From: Iphione sp. A-MEVVRFRX5
Lineage: Eukaryota
Length of the DNA: 64,000 nucleotides
Direction: 5' to 3'
NCBI GenBank assembly: GCA_976226885.1
Contig: OZ320315.1
Coordinates: 11,594,001 to 11,658,000 of the forward strand
The translations under genes were made by a program, and so were the position numbers. This document shows, piece after piece, positions 50,897-62,971 of this stretch. Position 1 is the stretch's first letter; each line of letters begins with the position of its first letter. Under the pieces are notes generated by a model. That model was not told the origin of the DNA and did not search any database. It was given only the letters and a program-made list of their open reading frames with translations.

Positions 50897-52084
50897 GCTG
50901 CCCTGGACCATTAAACTTCAGTCCCATTCAGATGTCATTTTCAGGCGAGGCTCATTTACGCATTAGAATGAAACAAATGTAACGATCACTAATCATCAAT
51001 GTTAATCAATTATTGCCAGAGACAAGTCCGGGTTCAGACTTCGCCACATCCGGGCTTGTCATGCTGATAACATCACATATTATCGCTCAGTCTGAATGGC
51101 ATCCCTGTTCTAATTTTAATGGTGGCAGGTTCCAGGAAGGTAACCAAGGGCAACGACTCCAGTTTATGATCCCCCTCCCCTCATCCCCTTCCGTCTCTCC
51201 TTCCTTTCCCCCCTTCCCTACCCATCCCCACTTCTCTTCCCCCTCCTCCCTCTACCCTACGCCACCGTATTCATTTCATGTTGAAGGCCACATAACAACT
51301 AATCAATATACAATTTATAACTTTGAAAGAAATTAGGCCTCGGATATTGCTGACAGTAATACCTTTGTGATATGACCTTCAGATAAAAAATCTCACATTT
51401 ACAGGCACAACGCATTCATCTGAGATAGAAAATTTGAGAAACACAGAAAATTTGAGAAACACAGTCTGAAGTGGGTGGTGCTCAGTACAGTATAAACACA
51501 ATGGACTGATTGCCCAGATGTGGATGGAACTGGTACTACAGAGGACTTTTTGCCATTTGTGACATCATAACAGAGCATCCACCAATTAGATTGCGGTATT
51601 TTGTGACATTGTCATAAGAAACGGTAAACATAAGTCTGGTTACGGTGTGTCAGTTCAGTGATACGCTCCTTGAATCTCTTGGAAGCAGAAAATACCACAT
51701 AGTTTCTTTATAAATCAGACAAAAATATTCACAGTGCAAAGGTTAATTAAACTTTCTCTGGTGAGATCACTCAAGGAGGCAACTCAGTGGAGAGGGCATC
51801 TTCTCCTGGACTCAGTACTTTGTAATAAACTAGAAAAACAGCTCAATCAAGGGAAGACCTGCATAAGGAGGGCAAGAGTGGCCGGTGCCTTCAGTCTTAT
51901 ATTTCTCTATAGATATCTACAGTAAGGTTGATGTTCTACAAAGACCAAGAGGTCAAAAAACTTCTATCAGACCTGGGGACACTATCACCTGGAGCTGTTT
52001 CTTTTTTGGGCTTTACATATTACCATACAGGATTGGGACATTTTCATCGGGCAAGACGGGTGTCCAGGTTCTGTGGAAGTGTCC

Positions 52085-52345
52085 ATGTTCTCCTTAGGTG
52101 GATAAATAACCCTTTCAGTGTGGCAGTGTCCATATATTGCCTTCCTCTCCTTATATGGAGATATATTACTCCCATGCTGTGAGAGTGTTGTTACGGTTCC
52201 ATCACTCCTTATATGGATATATAACCTCTTCAGTGTGGCAGTGTCCATATATTCCCTTCCTCTCCTTATATGGAGTTATATTACTCCCATGCTGTGAGAG
52301 TGTTGTTACGGTTCCATCCACTCCTTACATGGATATATAACCTCC
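52085..52345. repeat. ~115-bp tandem duplication, ~2.3 copies
   Basis: ATAACC anchors at 52106, 52221 and 52337, with shared TTCAGTGTGGCAGTGTCCATAT...CTCCCATGCTGTGAGAGTGTTGTTACGGTTCCATC. Confidence 0.92.
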
Positions 52346-54183
52346 AGATTGTGTGAGCATTGAAATGTTCCCATCTCCTTATATGGGCGTGTAGCCTTAC
52401 ACTGTGCGCGCGTCCATATGGCCACATGCACGAAGAATGGGAAACGCCGGTGAAAACAGCAGCAATTAGTCCCCGGTTGAAACAGAGATGGAAGCCCCGT
52501 TGCAACGGGCTGGTGCCAGTTGTGCACTACGTTTGATTGCCTAGTGACAAGGTAACCAGCAACTCTATGGCTGCTAGATATTGTTTCCTAACGCCCCCGC
52601 CCATCCACCTGTCGCGTACCTAATCTCTCAGCACTTGTAGTGTTTCCGAATGGCCCCACCTCACCTTTTTTCCCGGTTTCGTCTCAGGCCGCTCAAGGTG
52701 CACATATAATCGTGAAAGTTTTCTCTCTCTCTTTTTCCCAGTTCTCCTGTAAATCAAGACTCGTTTGAAAAGTACTGTTTTATGAACCTCTGCACTTCCC
52801 ACGCACATTTATGGTTCCTGAATTACCTCACTTGAACTATTTGTTTTTTTTTATTGATAGTCTCATGAGAACAACAAAAAACCTCTAGTCCTTTTGTGAT
52901 TTTACTTGTTGGAACGTTTTGGAACACAATGGACCTCACCCAATCGACTTTAAAAAAGGGATAAAAAGTCTCATACAGTGAATAGATATGATGAACATGT
53001 CTTTTTTCTATACTATTTTCTGTTTTTATTATTTTGTTCCTACATGTATAACACCAACATGCGCCAAATCATGCACAAAATGGCGGAATCATCTCGCGAA
53101 TAATGCGTGAGATGATCAAAGAATGATAAACATAATTACAAATCAAAAAAGGGATCAGCAGTTATGCTTTCTTGTTTGGATTCGTACAAATTTCCTGCCA
53201 CGAAAATATGCAGCAGCTATCCCAGAAGGCCTTGCAGTGCTTGTTCATTAATACACGCCTGACACATGCTTACCCCGCCTGCCACTAGGTGGCTGCTGGT
53301 GTAACGCCAATTAGCTTTCCGTTGCCTCCTAGCTCTTCCCCCCCCCTTTTTCATTATAAAACATCCGGCATTCTTTAACGTTTTAATCTCTATAGGTTGG
53401 TTCAGCTCTTTAGTTTGTGACATTGTCGTTATTCTTTTGCAATTTCAGCTTTTTAAATAAAGAAAACGTTGCCTATTGGTATCACTCGACATCAACATTA
53501 CAAACACTCTATCCGCTGGCCTTTTTTTGCGTTTAATACTATGTCTCTCCAGATGTTTATGCTGAATAATAGACATTTCCTCCTCGATAACACAAATCAC
53601 AAACCTCCTTCGTGCCCCACCAAGATGGCTGCCTTTCCAGTAGGGATGAGCAGACTGTAATAATTGTAGCTTTGACTGTGATTTCCTCCTTTTAATTCAT
53701 GGGTCTTCCATCCTCCCCATTACCCTAATGATATACATCGATATTATTACCCCCCCCCCTGCCACCCCCTCCCCCCTCCCCCGCACACACCACCACCACC
53801 ACTCCCCATTATGATTGGCACTCAGCAGTGACGCGGGAGGAAGTATCGACCGTCGCTGGGCGGAGAAGCCGGCGGGGGGGGGCCTCGGGGGGCCCAGCCC
53901 CTTGTTTGAGTACATATCGTTGATTACTTCCAGTCCAATTTAGGCAAATAGCAAATTGATTGGCTGGCGGCGAGATCAAAGGGATTCTATCCAGGTGAGA
54001 GTAGCACACCCTGTACTTACCTGGAGACACTTAGGTGATCGATTGTATGGGGGGGGGGGCTTTGCAATGGTGGAGACGTGTAAGTTAATAGTGGGGGGTG
54101 GGTGGAGTAGTCAATCTCTAGTCCTCTAACCTGCTTAGTGTTAGAGTACACACCATATAGGTCAAAGGTTGGCAGTTTATTCA

Positions 54184-54420
54184 TAGCTCAGTGGTAGAGC
54201 ACTTCTTCTCTCTCTGTCCCAAAGCTTGGTGGTTTAGTTCCAGCTCAGTGGTAGAGCGTTGTTTTTCCATCCCAATGGTTGGTGGTTTAGTTAAAGCTTA
54301 TGGTATAACAGAGGTCCTCTAATTTAAGAGTGAGTGGTTAAAATATAGCTTACTGATAGAGCAATAGTCCCCTAGCCTAGAATTGGGTAATTCAGCTACA
54401 AACTCAATGGTGGGTGATAC
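54184..54420 (+). repeat. Tandem array of tRNA-derived ~53-57-bp units
   Basis: Units begin with the A-box (T/C)AGCTCAGTGGTAGAGC (54184, 54241) and end GGTGGTTTAGTT. Two to three further decayed units follow. Confidence 0.7.
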
Positions 54421-54496
54421 ACAGTACCTCTAACCTCAGTGCTAATATTTGAGTTACAGTTAAGTGGGGGGAAGGGGGTTAAGTGCCAGTATTGAT

Positions 54497-54590
54497 GCAT
54501 CCCTGCCACTAGAGGGCGATATGGAGCCAGCATTGAAGCATCTCTGCCACAAGATGGTGATATGGTGCTAGCATGGCTGCATCCCTACTG
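54497..54590 (+). promoter_or_regulatory. 41-bp tandem repeat carrying CTCF cores
   Basis: Units start at 54497, 54538 and 54579. Copy 1 has exact CCACTAGAGGGCG (54506-54518); copy 2 has CCACAAGATGGTG. Confidence 0.55.
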
Positions 54591-57010
54591 CTATATAGTG
54601 AAACAAGAAAGTGTACACCACATGGATAGGTTCGATTCTCGTCCTTTATTTCTGGAATTGCAGTACAGCACTTCATTGGTCGGCAGCAGATGAGTTGGAG
54701 GAAGGTGTTGCAGCAACCTCCTTTTATACTCAGATATCAGGACAGTCTTCAGCGTGGACCCGTGCAGACATGCTTTGAGAGGTAGGTGTTCAGCAGAGAG
54801 AGTGAGCAGGACTCTTCCATTGTGTAACACTTACATGGCAGGACCATTGGTTTGACCAGCCTGTAACCCTTTGTGGTGCCATTTCTCAGATATTAGGTTT
54901 CTAGTTACTGAGGAACACGTACATTGTTACTGTGTATACCAGACCACCAGTGGTCTTGTCAAACTACTGTAACCCTGCTGGCAGGTGGTGAGTGATGCAG
55001 GTGACGTATGGGCAACCCATCTTGCCAAGGTACACTGTGGCAGTCACTGAGCCACTGTAGCCTGGTCAGTTAGGGGTGACAGAGGACTTGAGCATGTGTG
55101 GACTGGCTGGGATTTGAGCCTCGTTCTGACTTACCCTTGGTTGAGCACCCACTGACGTCATACTCACTGACACCTGTCAATCATCATCACATCTCCAGAG
55201 CCACTTTGGAGTTTGCCCACCAAAGTTTTCCCCTGGCCCAATGTTAAATATAGTTCCGGGGGGGGGGGATGGGCGGGGGCCTGAGGAAACCCATTTGTTG
55301 TGTGGCCAAGTTTAGGATCAGAAGTCAGTGATCCTCGTCTGCAAGACTTGAGTGATGACCATTGTATTCTGGGATTCGTCCCACACAACCGACTACATCT
55401 GATGACTTGTGGCAGCACACTGGTGGTTATCATAGGCCACTGTAACCCTGGTGAGAGGGGGTGAGTGACAGTGCATGAGAGTATTCATACATGCCACACA
55501 CCATCCACATACCAGAATTGGGCTGGCTAATCGCCGAAGCCCTGGCCACAAATTGGCTGAACTAGACCTATACCTAGACTCAGATATTTATTAAACACTG
55601 CACACAAACACTCTGTGACTTGCTCATGATCATTAACATGACATGTTAACATTAACATTAAGATGAAAAATGCTCAATCAACTTACTTCTGACTACATCA
55701 CTGTCATGTATCTAGGGTACTTCAGTAGATTGAGACAATAAGTACATCATGTCTTACATGTTTTGAGTATCACAAACACATCTATGTACAAGCTGTTAAT
55801 AAGTTCATTAGGTAAAACAACCTAAGGGCAGTCATGTAGGCACTTTTACCAGAATTATAATTTGCTCCTGTTAAGTCCTCGTATAAGGCTTTGCTTGCGC
55901 AGCTTTTATCTGTACACTTCACAATACACAGTCATTTAAGGCAATTACAACTCACATAATGCAAAGTATTATCTTCCTTTAGCACAATGCCAGAAATAAT
56001 GTTTTATCACTACAATACACACACACTGTGTTACAATAGCGATATAGTGCCAGCGTGGATACATCTCAACCGTACCTCTTTGCCTGGACAGTTAGAGAGT
56101 GGATTGATGCAGTAAATCTAGCCTGACTGGTTCCCACATGTAGCAACTATTGTACCAGTCCTGGGCCATCACCATAATGGTCGTAACACTGACAGCAATC
56201 AATATGGCGGCCAGAGAGGATGGTTGTGAACAGAGGGAGACACTGACAGATGTACGTACATACACAGGTACGACCATATTTGAACAACGTCGACGGATTT
56301 TTTGATCCGAGTTGACAAAGATTATAATTTTAACAGCAGCTATCTTTAAAACAGATTATACGGATGTAGGTACAGCCCTGTTTCAACAATTGCTTGGACA
56401 TTATGAGAGAGATTATTCACAGTCACCTACAAAATAGCCAGATAGATACATCTACAAACTAGTCTCAATTGTAACGCACTGTCCACGTGACCAAAATGGA
56501 CGACAGTCTGGTTCAGAACAGAAGACTGTCAGTATTTTGACATCGGACTATAACAACGAACCAAGAAATGATAGATTTGTGTCATTTGTCTTGAGGATAT
56601 CTCCAGGTTATGTTGGCTTGCAGGAAGCCTAATCATGCTTCGAGAAGAGTAATGTCTTGGGTGGCGTGGGGTAAATGGGTTCGTCCAACAGCTAATGTTC
56701 CTGGCGTTATCCGGGGACATTAAGCCTTCTTGGCGACCAGTTCTCTGTCTGTCTCTGTCTGTTTCTGTCTGTCTCTGTCTGTTTTTGTCTCTCGGTCTCC
56801 ATTTGCCTATACAATGTAATTAAATGCCACAATAATTCGATACGTTTTTCACATTATGCATATTTATGCATTAGAAAAGGAACTTCATAACCCGATTTAT
56901 TCAGGATATTAAGATAGCGGGTATAAAATGTTTGCACGCATGCGCATGTTATATCCTATGCGTGTCCGCGTGGGTTTCTTTCTATGGGCACACTTCAGGC
57001 TTCGTTGAAA

Positions 57011-57073
<63 letters not shown>

Positions 57074-57299
57074 GTGTGTTAAACGTGCATGTGCTTATGA
57101 TGGCTTCTCAATGTGAATGAGTGTGCGCGCGTGCGTGGGTGCGTGTGTGTGTGCGTGTGTGGGTGCACTCCTAATTAAGGCATGAACACCCCCCAACAGC
57201 CCAGAACCCTCATTGATATGATCATATCCATTCCCCCCCATAATAATTATCACCGCGCCACAAGATGGAATGAATATATACATAGCACAAAGGGGCTCC

Positions 57300-57700
57300 C
57301 CCGTCTCGGCTTATGACGTCATAAAACATCACATGACGTCATAAAACCTTATAGATATCGTTGCTCCCTCTGACCCGGTATGAATAAACGCATACAGATT
57401 ACTTTAGGTGAGGGGTGGGGGGAGGGTAAAAGGCAAGGTGGAGCAAGGGGGGGATTAATGTCTTCCTAATACTAATAGAGTAAGTCGTTATTTACATGCA
57501 GCTCCCCAAATCAGCCGCCAGAGGCCTCTTCTGGTGGTACAAAGCGCCACCTGGGGACCGCGTCCGTAATAATGCCCATCCCCTCTGCCGCGGCCACCTA
57601 GTGGTGCATTATATCATTAACCTTTGGGGCTGGGGTTCGCACACTGACCTATTGCATGATGGGAGTGGGGTGACGTCATCGGAAACTAACCCTGTGTGCG
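57300..57700. promoter_or_regulatory. CRE- and CTCF-rich regulatory-like island
   Basis: TGACGTCA at 57314, 57334 and 57671. Minus CTCF-like CCACTAGGTGGCC at 57592-57604, and a weaker core at 57545. Confidence 0.5.
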
Positions 57701-58534
57701 TCGGTTTGATCTGGGTTTCTCTGGCAACCTCGGGTTCACCTGTCTGCGCCTGCGCAGACCCGAGGGCACGTGGAGTCTCATCCTGTACGAGACTTTCATC
57801 CGTCCCTCCCTGTCTCTATCATTTTGACTATCTTTGTTAACTCTTCTCCTTCCCATTTACGTGTTTGCCATACTAACCCCATTTTTTTATCGTCCCTCCC
57901 TTCTCCTCCACACCCTCCCTGTCTACCTTTTTCTATCTATCTTTCTCTCCTTCTTTCCTTTCTCTTTCTAACGTGTATATCTCTAGGACAGTGCTAGCAG
58001 TTAGTAGATTTGAACAAATGACAAGATAAAGAATTTAGTTCACTCCAAATACACAAAATAGCTGTGCATGGGTGATCTAGCTCATTGGTGCAAAGAAAAA
58101 GTATTTGTTTATTCAGGGAAAATATGCTCAATTGTATACTCTACGGTCACATAATTGTTACTAAAAATAGACATGGGTGTCTAGACAGCTGTCTGGACTT
58201 GAGTGTATTATGTAATCAGTACATGTGACCTGTTCTAAATTTAGCTACAGACTCTCGGTCATAACCTATTGCACCATAGACATATGTCACAGTTACCAAC
58301 AATGCAATATCTACTACGTTGCATGATCCTTGTCGAGCTCAGCCAGATCACTTGATGCAGATCATCCCAAACAGATTGCTCTGAACCAGACCATTATACA
58401 GATTCATGTATACACTACATTATTTTCTACACCTCTTAGACAGGCAAGACACAGAACCAAGTCTGTAAATCTATGCTTAAATACTCCTACAAATCTGACC
58501 ATCTTTCTGGATAGTTCTTTCTTTCTCAGTCCCT

Positions 58535-58625
58535 TCATTGTCCGTATTAGCGAGTTTCAAAGAAAGGTTGTCCGTATTACAGAGGTACAAAGGGGGGATT
58601 GTCCGTATTAAGAAAGTTCAAAGAG
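58535..58625. mobile_element. Internal fragment of a Tc1/mariner-type MITE
   Basis: TTGTCCGTATTA x3 at ~30-bp spacing, similar to sub-terminal repeats in the other MITE remnants (e.g. ~37210). Confidence 0.35.
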
Positions 58626-60205
58626 AGGCTTTAAAAGGGACTATGGGAATGTTAGGAAGGGAAGTGTATGAAATTGGCTCTTTGTCTCACCATATTCTAA
58701 ACCTTTTTCTGTTTCCTTCACCTCCTGGTATAAGCAACTGCCTGTTTATATAACCATGTCGTATCATTTATATACTGTATAACTGCTGGTATGACAAACT
58801 GAAAATCTGGCACTATGGGCATGCTCATCTTTGCCCATTTATTAATTCTGTTACATTTCCACGGGGGTTTATCCAAATGAACACTGTCCAAGCATTTCAG
58901 AGCATATGTATCCGTCGACATAGGATTGTCTGGTGTGAAATTATACACCCCACGTCTTCTGTGCGTTTATAGTAAAATGTAACTCTGCGTCAATGTCCTT
59001 AGTTGCATGCACGTCGCCATATAGTTAATTATCTCCTTTTTGACAAATGGTTGCCAAGGTAGGAGGAAGCCTTCTTTGACTGCCTAAGTCCTTCACACAA
59101 ACAGGCGAAAGTCTATACTTGTATTTGCATTCGCGAAATGGTCACTTACTGCCCTATGGGTATCATGAGTTTAATTCATCAAAATCACCCCGTTGGCACA
59201 TACAAGGACTTGAGGAAAGTAGAATAGAAATGCTAAGAATTCACATATGGCACAGAGATGATAATTAATCAAAGTAGAAAGACGGCTGATATTAATCATT
59301 GCCTACCAACCTGTTTTTATAAAGTCCTCCCCGAGTAATATCAGATCCCCCCGTCTAGAGCCTCTCTCAGGAGCAAGATTTCTTGCGCTGTGTGTATTTA
59401 CCTCTTCCAATCTAAGGCTTATTGCTTAGCGCTTCCAGAAGGTGGAGCCATTCCCAGAATACTCGGCGCTGTCACGTGGTATATTCCATTTACGGTTAAA
59501 TCCTTCACGTGAGCGTTCCTCTGACGGATTACATTACTTTCATTTTCTCTTCTTTTCCATCTCGTCCCTCCACGTCCTGTTGCTCTGTCGTAGATTTATC
59601 CCTTTCTACCCGTGCCGCTTTATAGCTCCCTGTGTCGACCGTTTCCAATAGCATTAAGCAGAAAGCAGCTGAGATTCGTGTTTCTTTTGTTCTTAAAGAA
59701 AAGAATCTTATCTTGATGTCATATGCGATGAGACATAGCGCCATGCAGATTTAGTTTCTCTTCCACGTCGCGTCAGGTGGGGGGGGGGTTATAAACCGTA
59801 GATTCCGTTTTTTTCTTTTAGATTTCATTTACCACATTGAGTGATGGGAGAATCCCGTACCTGATTACTATTAGAAAATAAATATGATAAATTGGCTGAT
59901 GGAAGAATCTCAGCATGATTGCTAATGGGAAATAAATACATGTATGGAGAATCAGTGTGAGAGTGTGGGGAAAACAGATGTGACAAACAAGAGATATGAG
60001 AGAGACAAATGGGGAAAAATACAACATAGGAGAGTTGAGAATACAAAGACCTGAAAATATACTTAAGTTATTATAAAAAGGAAGAAGGGTAGGAGGATGT
60101 GAAAGCTTCCCCTTGTTATTGTTAGAGTGAAGAATGGTAGAATTCAATAACCTGATCTAGTTATCTTGAGAGTGAAGAATTGTAGGGGAATTGGAAAAGA
60201 ACTCA

Positions 60206-60685
60206 CCCCTGGTAGAGGGGTTTGTTAGAGTCTGGTATGGCAGGAGAACCTGAACACCTGGTAGAGGGGTTTGTTAGAGTCTGGTATGGCAGGAGAACCT
60301 GAACACCTGGTAGAGGGGTTCGTTAGAGTCTGGTAGGGTAGGAGTACTTGAACACCTGGTAGAGGGGTTCGTTAGAGTCTGGTAGGGTAGGAGTACCTGA
60401 ACACCTGGTAGAGGGGTTCGTTAGAGTCTGGTAGGGTAGGAGTACTTGAACACCTGGTAGAGGGGTTCGTTAGAGTCTGGTAGGGCAGGAGAACCTGAAC
60501 ACCTGGTAGAGGGGGTCGTTGGAGTCAGGTAGGGTAGGAGAACCTGAACACCTAGTAGAGGGGTTCGTTAGAGTCTGGTAGGGTAGGTGAACCTGAACAC
60601 CTAGTAGAGGGGTTCGTTAGAGTCTAGTAGGGCCTGAACACCTGGTAGAGGGGTTCATTAGATTCTGTTTGGGTTGGAGAACCTG
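60206..60685. repeat. 49-bp minisatellite, ~10 copies
   Basis: Unit CACCTGGTAGAGGGGTTCGTTAGAGTCTGGTAGGGTAGGAGTACCTGAA. Confidence 0.95.
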
Positions 60686-60959
60686 TTAGGTTGCTCTAGT
60701 TATTGCTCCAGCAGAGTACGTTTAGTGGACAGAAGTGTAGAATGGATAGCTGAAAACAGATACCTCGTAGTAGCGACTGTAGATTTAACCGCCGGGCTGA
60801 AACAAGAGAGACGCTGCCGCTTTTGATGCTGGGCTTTTATTTCAGGTTTGCATGACGCTTGTTACCAGCGTGGGTGCATCGTTAACTAACTTCATTTTAC
60901 AGTAACTGACAATGTGGGAAGACAGGCCTCTCTGTCTCTCTGAGCATGATCCTTCAGGT

Positions 60960-61280
60960 TTAATGATGTGATATGTTAAATTATGTGATAGCTACATCGA
61001 TGTGATAGGTTCAATGATAACTACAGTAATGTCATTGGTTCTGTAATGTGATTGGAGTTATGGTGTGATTGTTCTGTGAAATGATTGGTTCTATGATGTG
61101 TTTCATCTCACATTGTGACAGGTTCATTAATGTGATAGAATCAATGCTGTGATATGTTCATTGGTGTGATAGAATCATTGATGTGATTAGCACAAAGTAT
61201 TGATATATTTAATAATGTAATCTCTAGTAAGGAGTGTGATAGGTTCATGTGAAAGGTTCAGTGATGTGACAAGTTTGATG
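60960..61280. repeat. Degenerate ~18-bp repeat
   Basis: Unit approx TGTGATAGGTTCATTGAT. Confidence 0.7.
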
Positions 61281-61343
61281 TTGCACCTGTTTAACGTTGT
61301 AAAAACGTAAATTAGTTTCTTATTTCTTTGACCTAAGAAGCAG

Positions 61344-61490
61344 ATAAAGCATCTTGAAAAGCCCCCCTGTCGGACAGGAGCGACTGAAAGGTGCTATCAT
61401 CTGGAACCCGACTACCCCTGGTATCATGATAAACTGTTCCCTATGCGGAACAATGGGTTCAACTACCTCAAGACAAATCATGGATGTGGG
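61344..61490 (+). CDS. Candidate internal exon (phase 0/0), product unknown
   Basis: Polypyrimidine tract plus in-frame AAG-AAG-CAG acceptors. 147 nt open: IKHLEKPPCRTGATERCYHLEPDYPWYHDKLFPMRNNGFNYLKTNHGCG, then GGG|GTACGC. GC is higher than the flanks. Confidence 0.35.
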
Positions 61491-62334
61491 GTACGCATAG
61501 TAGACCTTCACCCATGGATCAAGTCCACGTATTTATCATGAATATACCTCCATCACCATCATTAACGTAACGTAGATGTACTACTACACTTAACATTCGT
61601 CCTCTGAATATCAGCAAAGGGCAGGACATTTTGACACTTTCCAAAACTAACAACCTAACTTCCTTATTAAATAAATAAAAAAACCGTCTTGCTTCTCGCC
61701 AAAAAAAGTTGATTTATTCTCAACCTAGGTACTGAATGTAATTAAAAATTATGTCTTAATTAAAATATTGATAGTGGCCCTAAGCAAGTCTACCCCGGGC
61801 TCACCTGCTTCCCCTACTGCCCTCGCACCTGGCTCATCGTACTTTTTGATTCTCTCAATTTAAATGACATGAAGCGTCTTGTAGTTTGAGCTACCGCGTC
61901 GCCTCCGAGGCCGCCATGATGTTAGATCCGGGCTGCGTCCTTGGCGCCTCTAATTGTGAGAGTTTTTCTCCCCGCTCTGAGTTGCTCTTGGTGTTGGATT
62001 GGTTACCGGGGGGGGGGGTTGCGTCAGGGCCTGAGAGTTGCTCATCTTTTCAATTTCGAGCTTCGTGTTGAAATTCAAACAGCGAGAGAGGGTATCGGTT
62101 TCACTCGGGCATCTCCGGGTGTTTCCGTAAAGACCATTCGGCCTCCGCTCGCGCCCTGTCTCTGACTCATTGGAGGCGGGTTCTCCGTTTTTCAGGAGGT
62201 GAAATCCATCCAAAGCCAATATCATTAATGTGTATCCTGAAGCTCCTCGCAGTCTCTTCCCCGAGTATTTCTCTGCTGCCAACTAGGTTGAGGCTCGGTG
62301 GTCGTGAATAGGCCCAAGTGGACTGTGGAGGTTT

Positions 62335-62525
62335 GGTGGGGTATCGGGGGAAAATTGGGAGGTGTAGGTCTATAGAGGAGGTGGAGATTGTGGTAGACTG
62401 CAGCATGAGAGGAAGGTGAAGGGTTTGGGGGGGATGTCGGGGGAGAATCAGGAGGTGGAGGTCTATAGAGGAGGTGGAGGTTGTGGTACACTGCAGCATG
62501 AAGAGAAAGTGGAGGGTTGGGGGAG
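62335..62525. repeat. ~88-bp tandem duplication
   Basis: GGTCTATAGAGGAGGTGGAG(A/G)TTGTGGTA(G/C)ACTGCAGCATGA occurs twice. Confidence 0.88.
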
Positions 62526-62553
62526 AGCAGCTGTCAGTCACGCATTATGTGGC

Positions 62554-62790
62554 CCACCTTTGGAAGAATGTGCCATTCACTGTACGGTAATTATAGCATC
62601 CCAGGGTACCATGAGATCCACCTATGGAAGAATGTGCCATTCACTGTACGGTAATTATAGCATCCCAGGGTACCATGAGATCCACCTATGGAAGAATGTG
62701 CCATTCACTGTATGGTATTTATAACATCCCAGGGTACTATGTGCTCCAGCTATGGAAGAATGTGTCATTCAGTGTATGGTAATTCTAGTA
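62554..62790. repeat. 64-bp tandem repeat, ~3.7 copies
   Basis: Starts at 62554, 62618, 62682 and 62746. Confidence 0.93.
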
Positions 62791-62927
62791 CGACGACATG
62801 GGTAACCCACATGAGCAGCTGTCAATCACCCGTCATGGGAAGCCAGACACCTCACCCACTGAACCAGCCATCAATTTAAGCCAGACAACTAAAAAGCAAC
62901 CCTTAATAAGGATAGGATTACACTTAC

Positions 62928-62971
62928 CTGAAGGAGGAGGATGAGTCAGAGAGCGAGGTATCCTTTTAAAC
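62928..62971 (-). CDS. Candidate 44-nt exon with consensus splice sites
   Basis: TTTTTTTGTTCGGTTTCAG|G ... CAG|GTAAGT. One open frame reads FKRIPRSLTHPPPS. It could also be non-coding. Confidence 0.35.

Noticed and set aside
7525-53427. TGTGACATTGTC 12-mer seen three times (7525, 51602, 53416)
   Set aside because: A triple recurrence of some 12-mer is not unlikely in 64 kb of AT-biased DNA.
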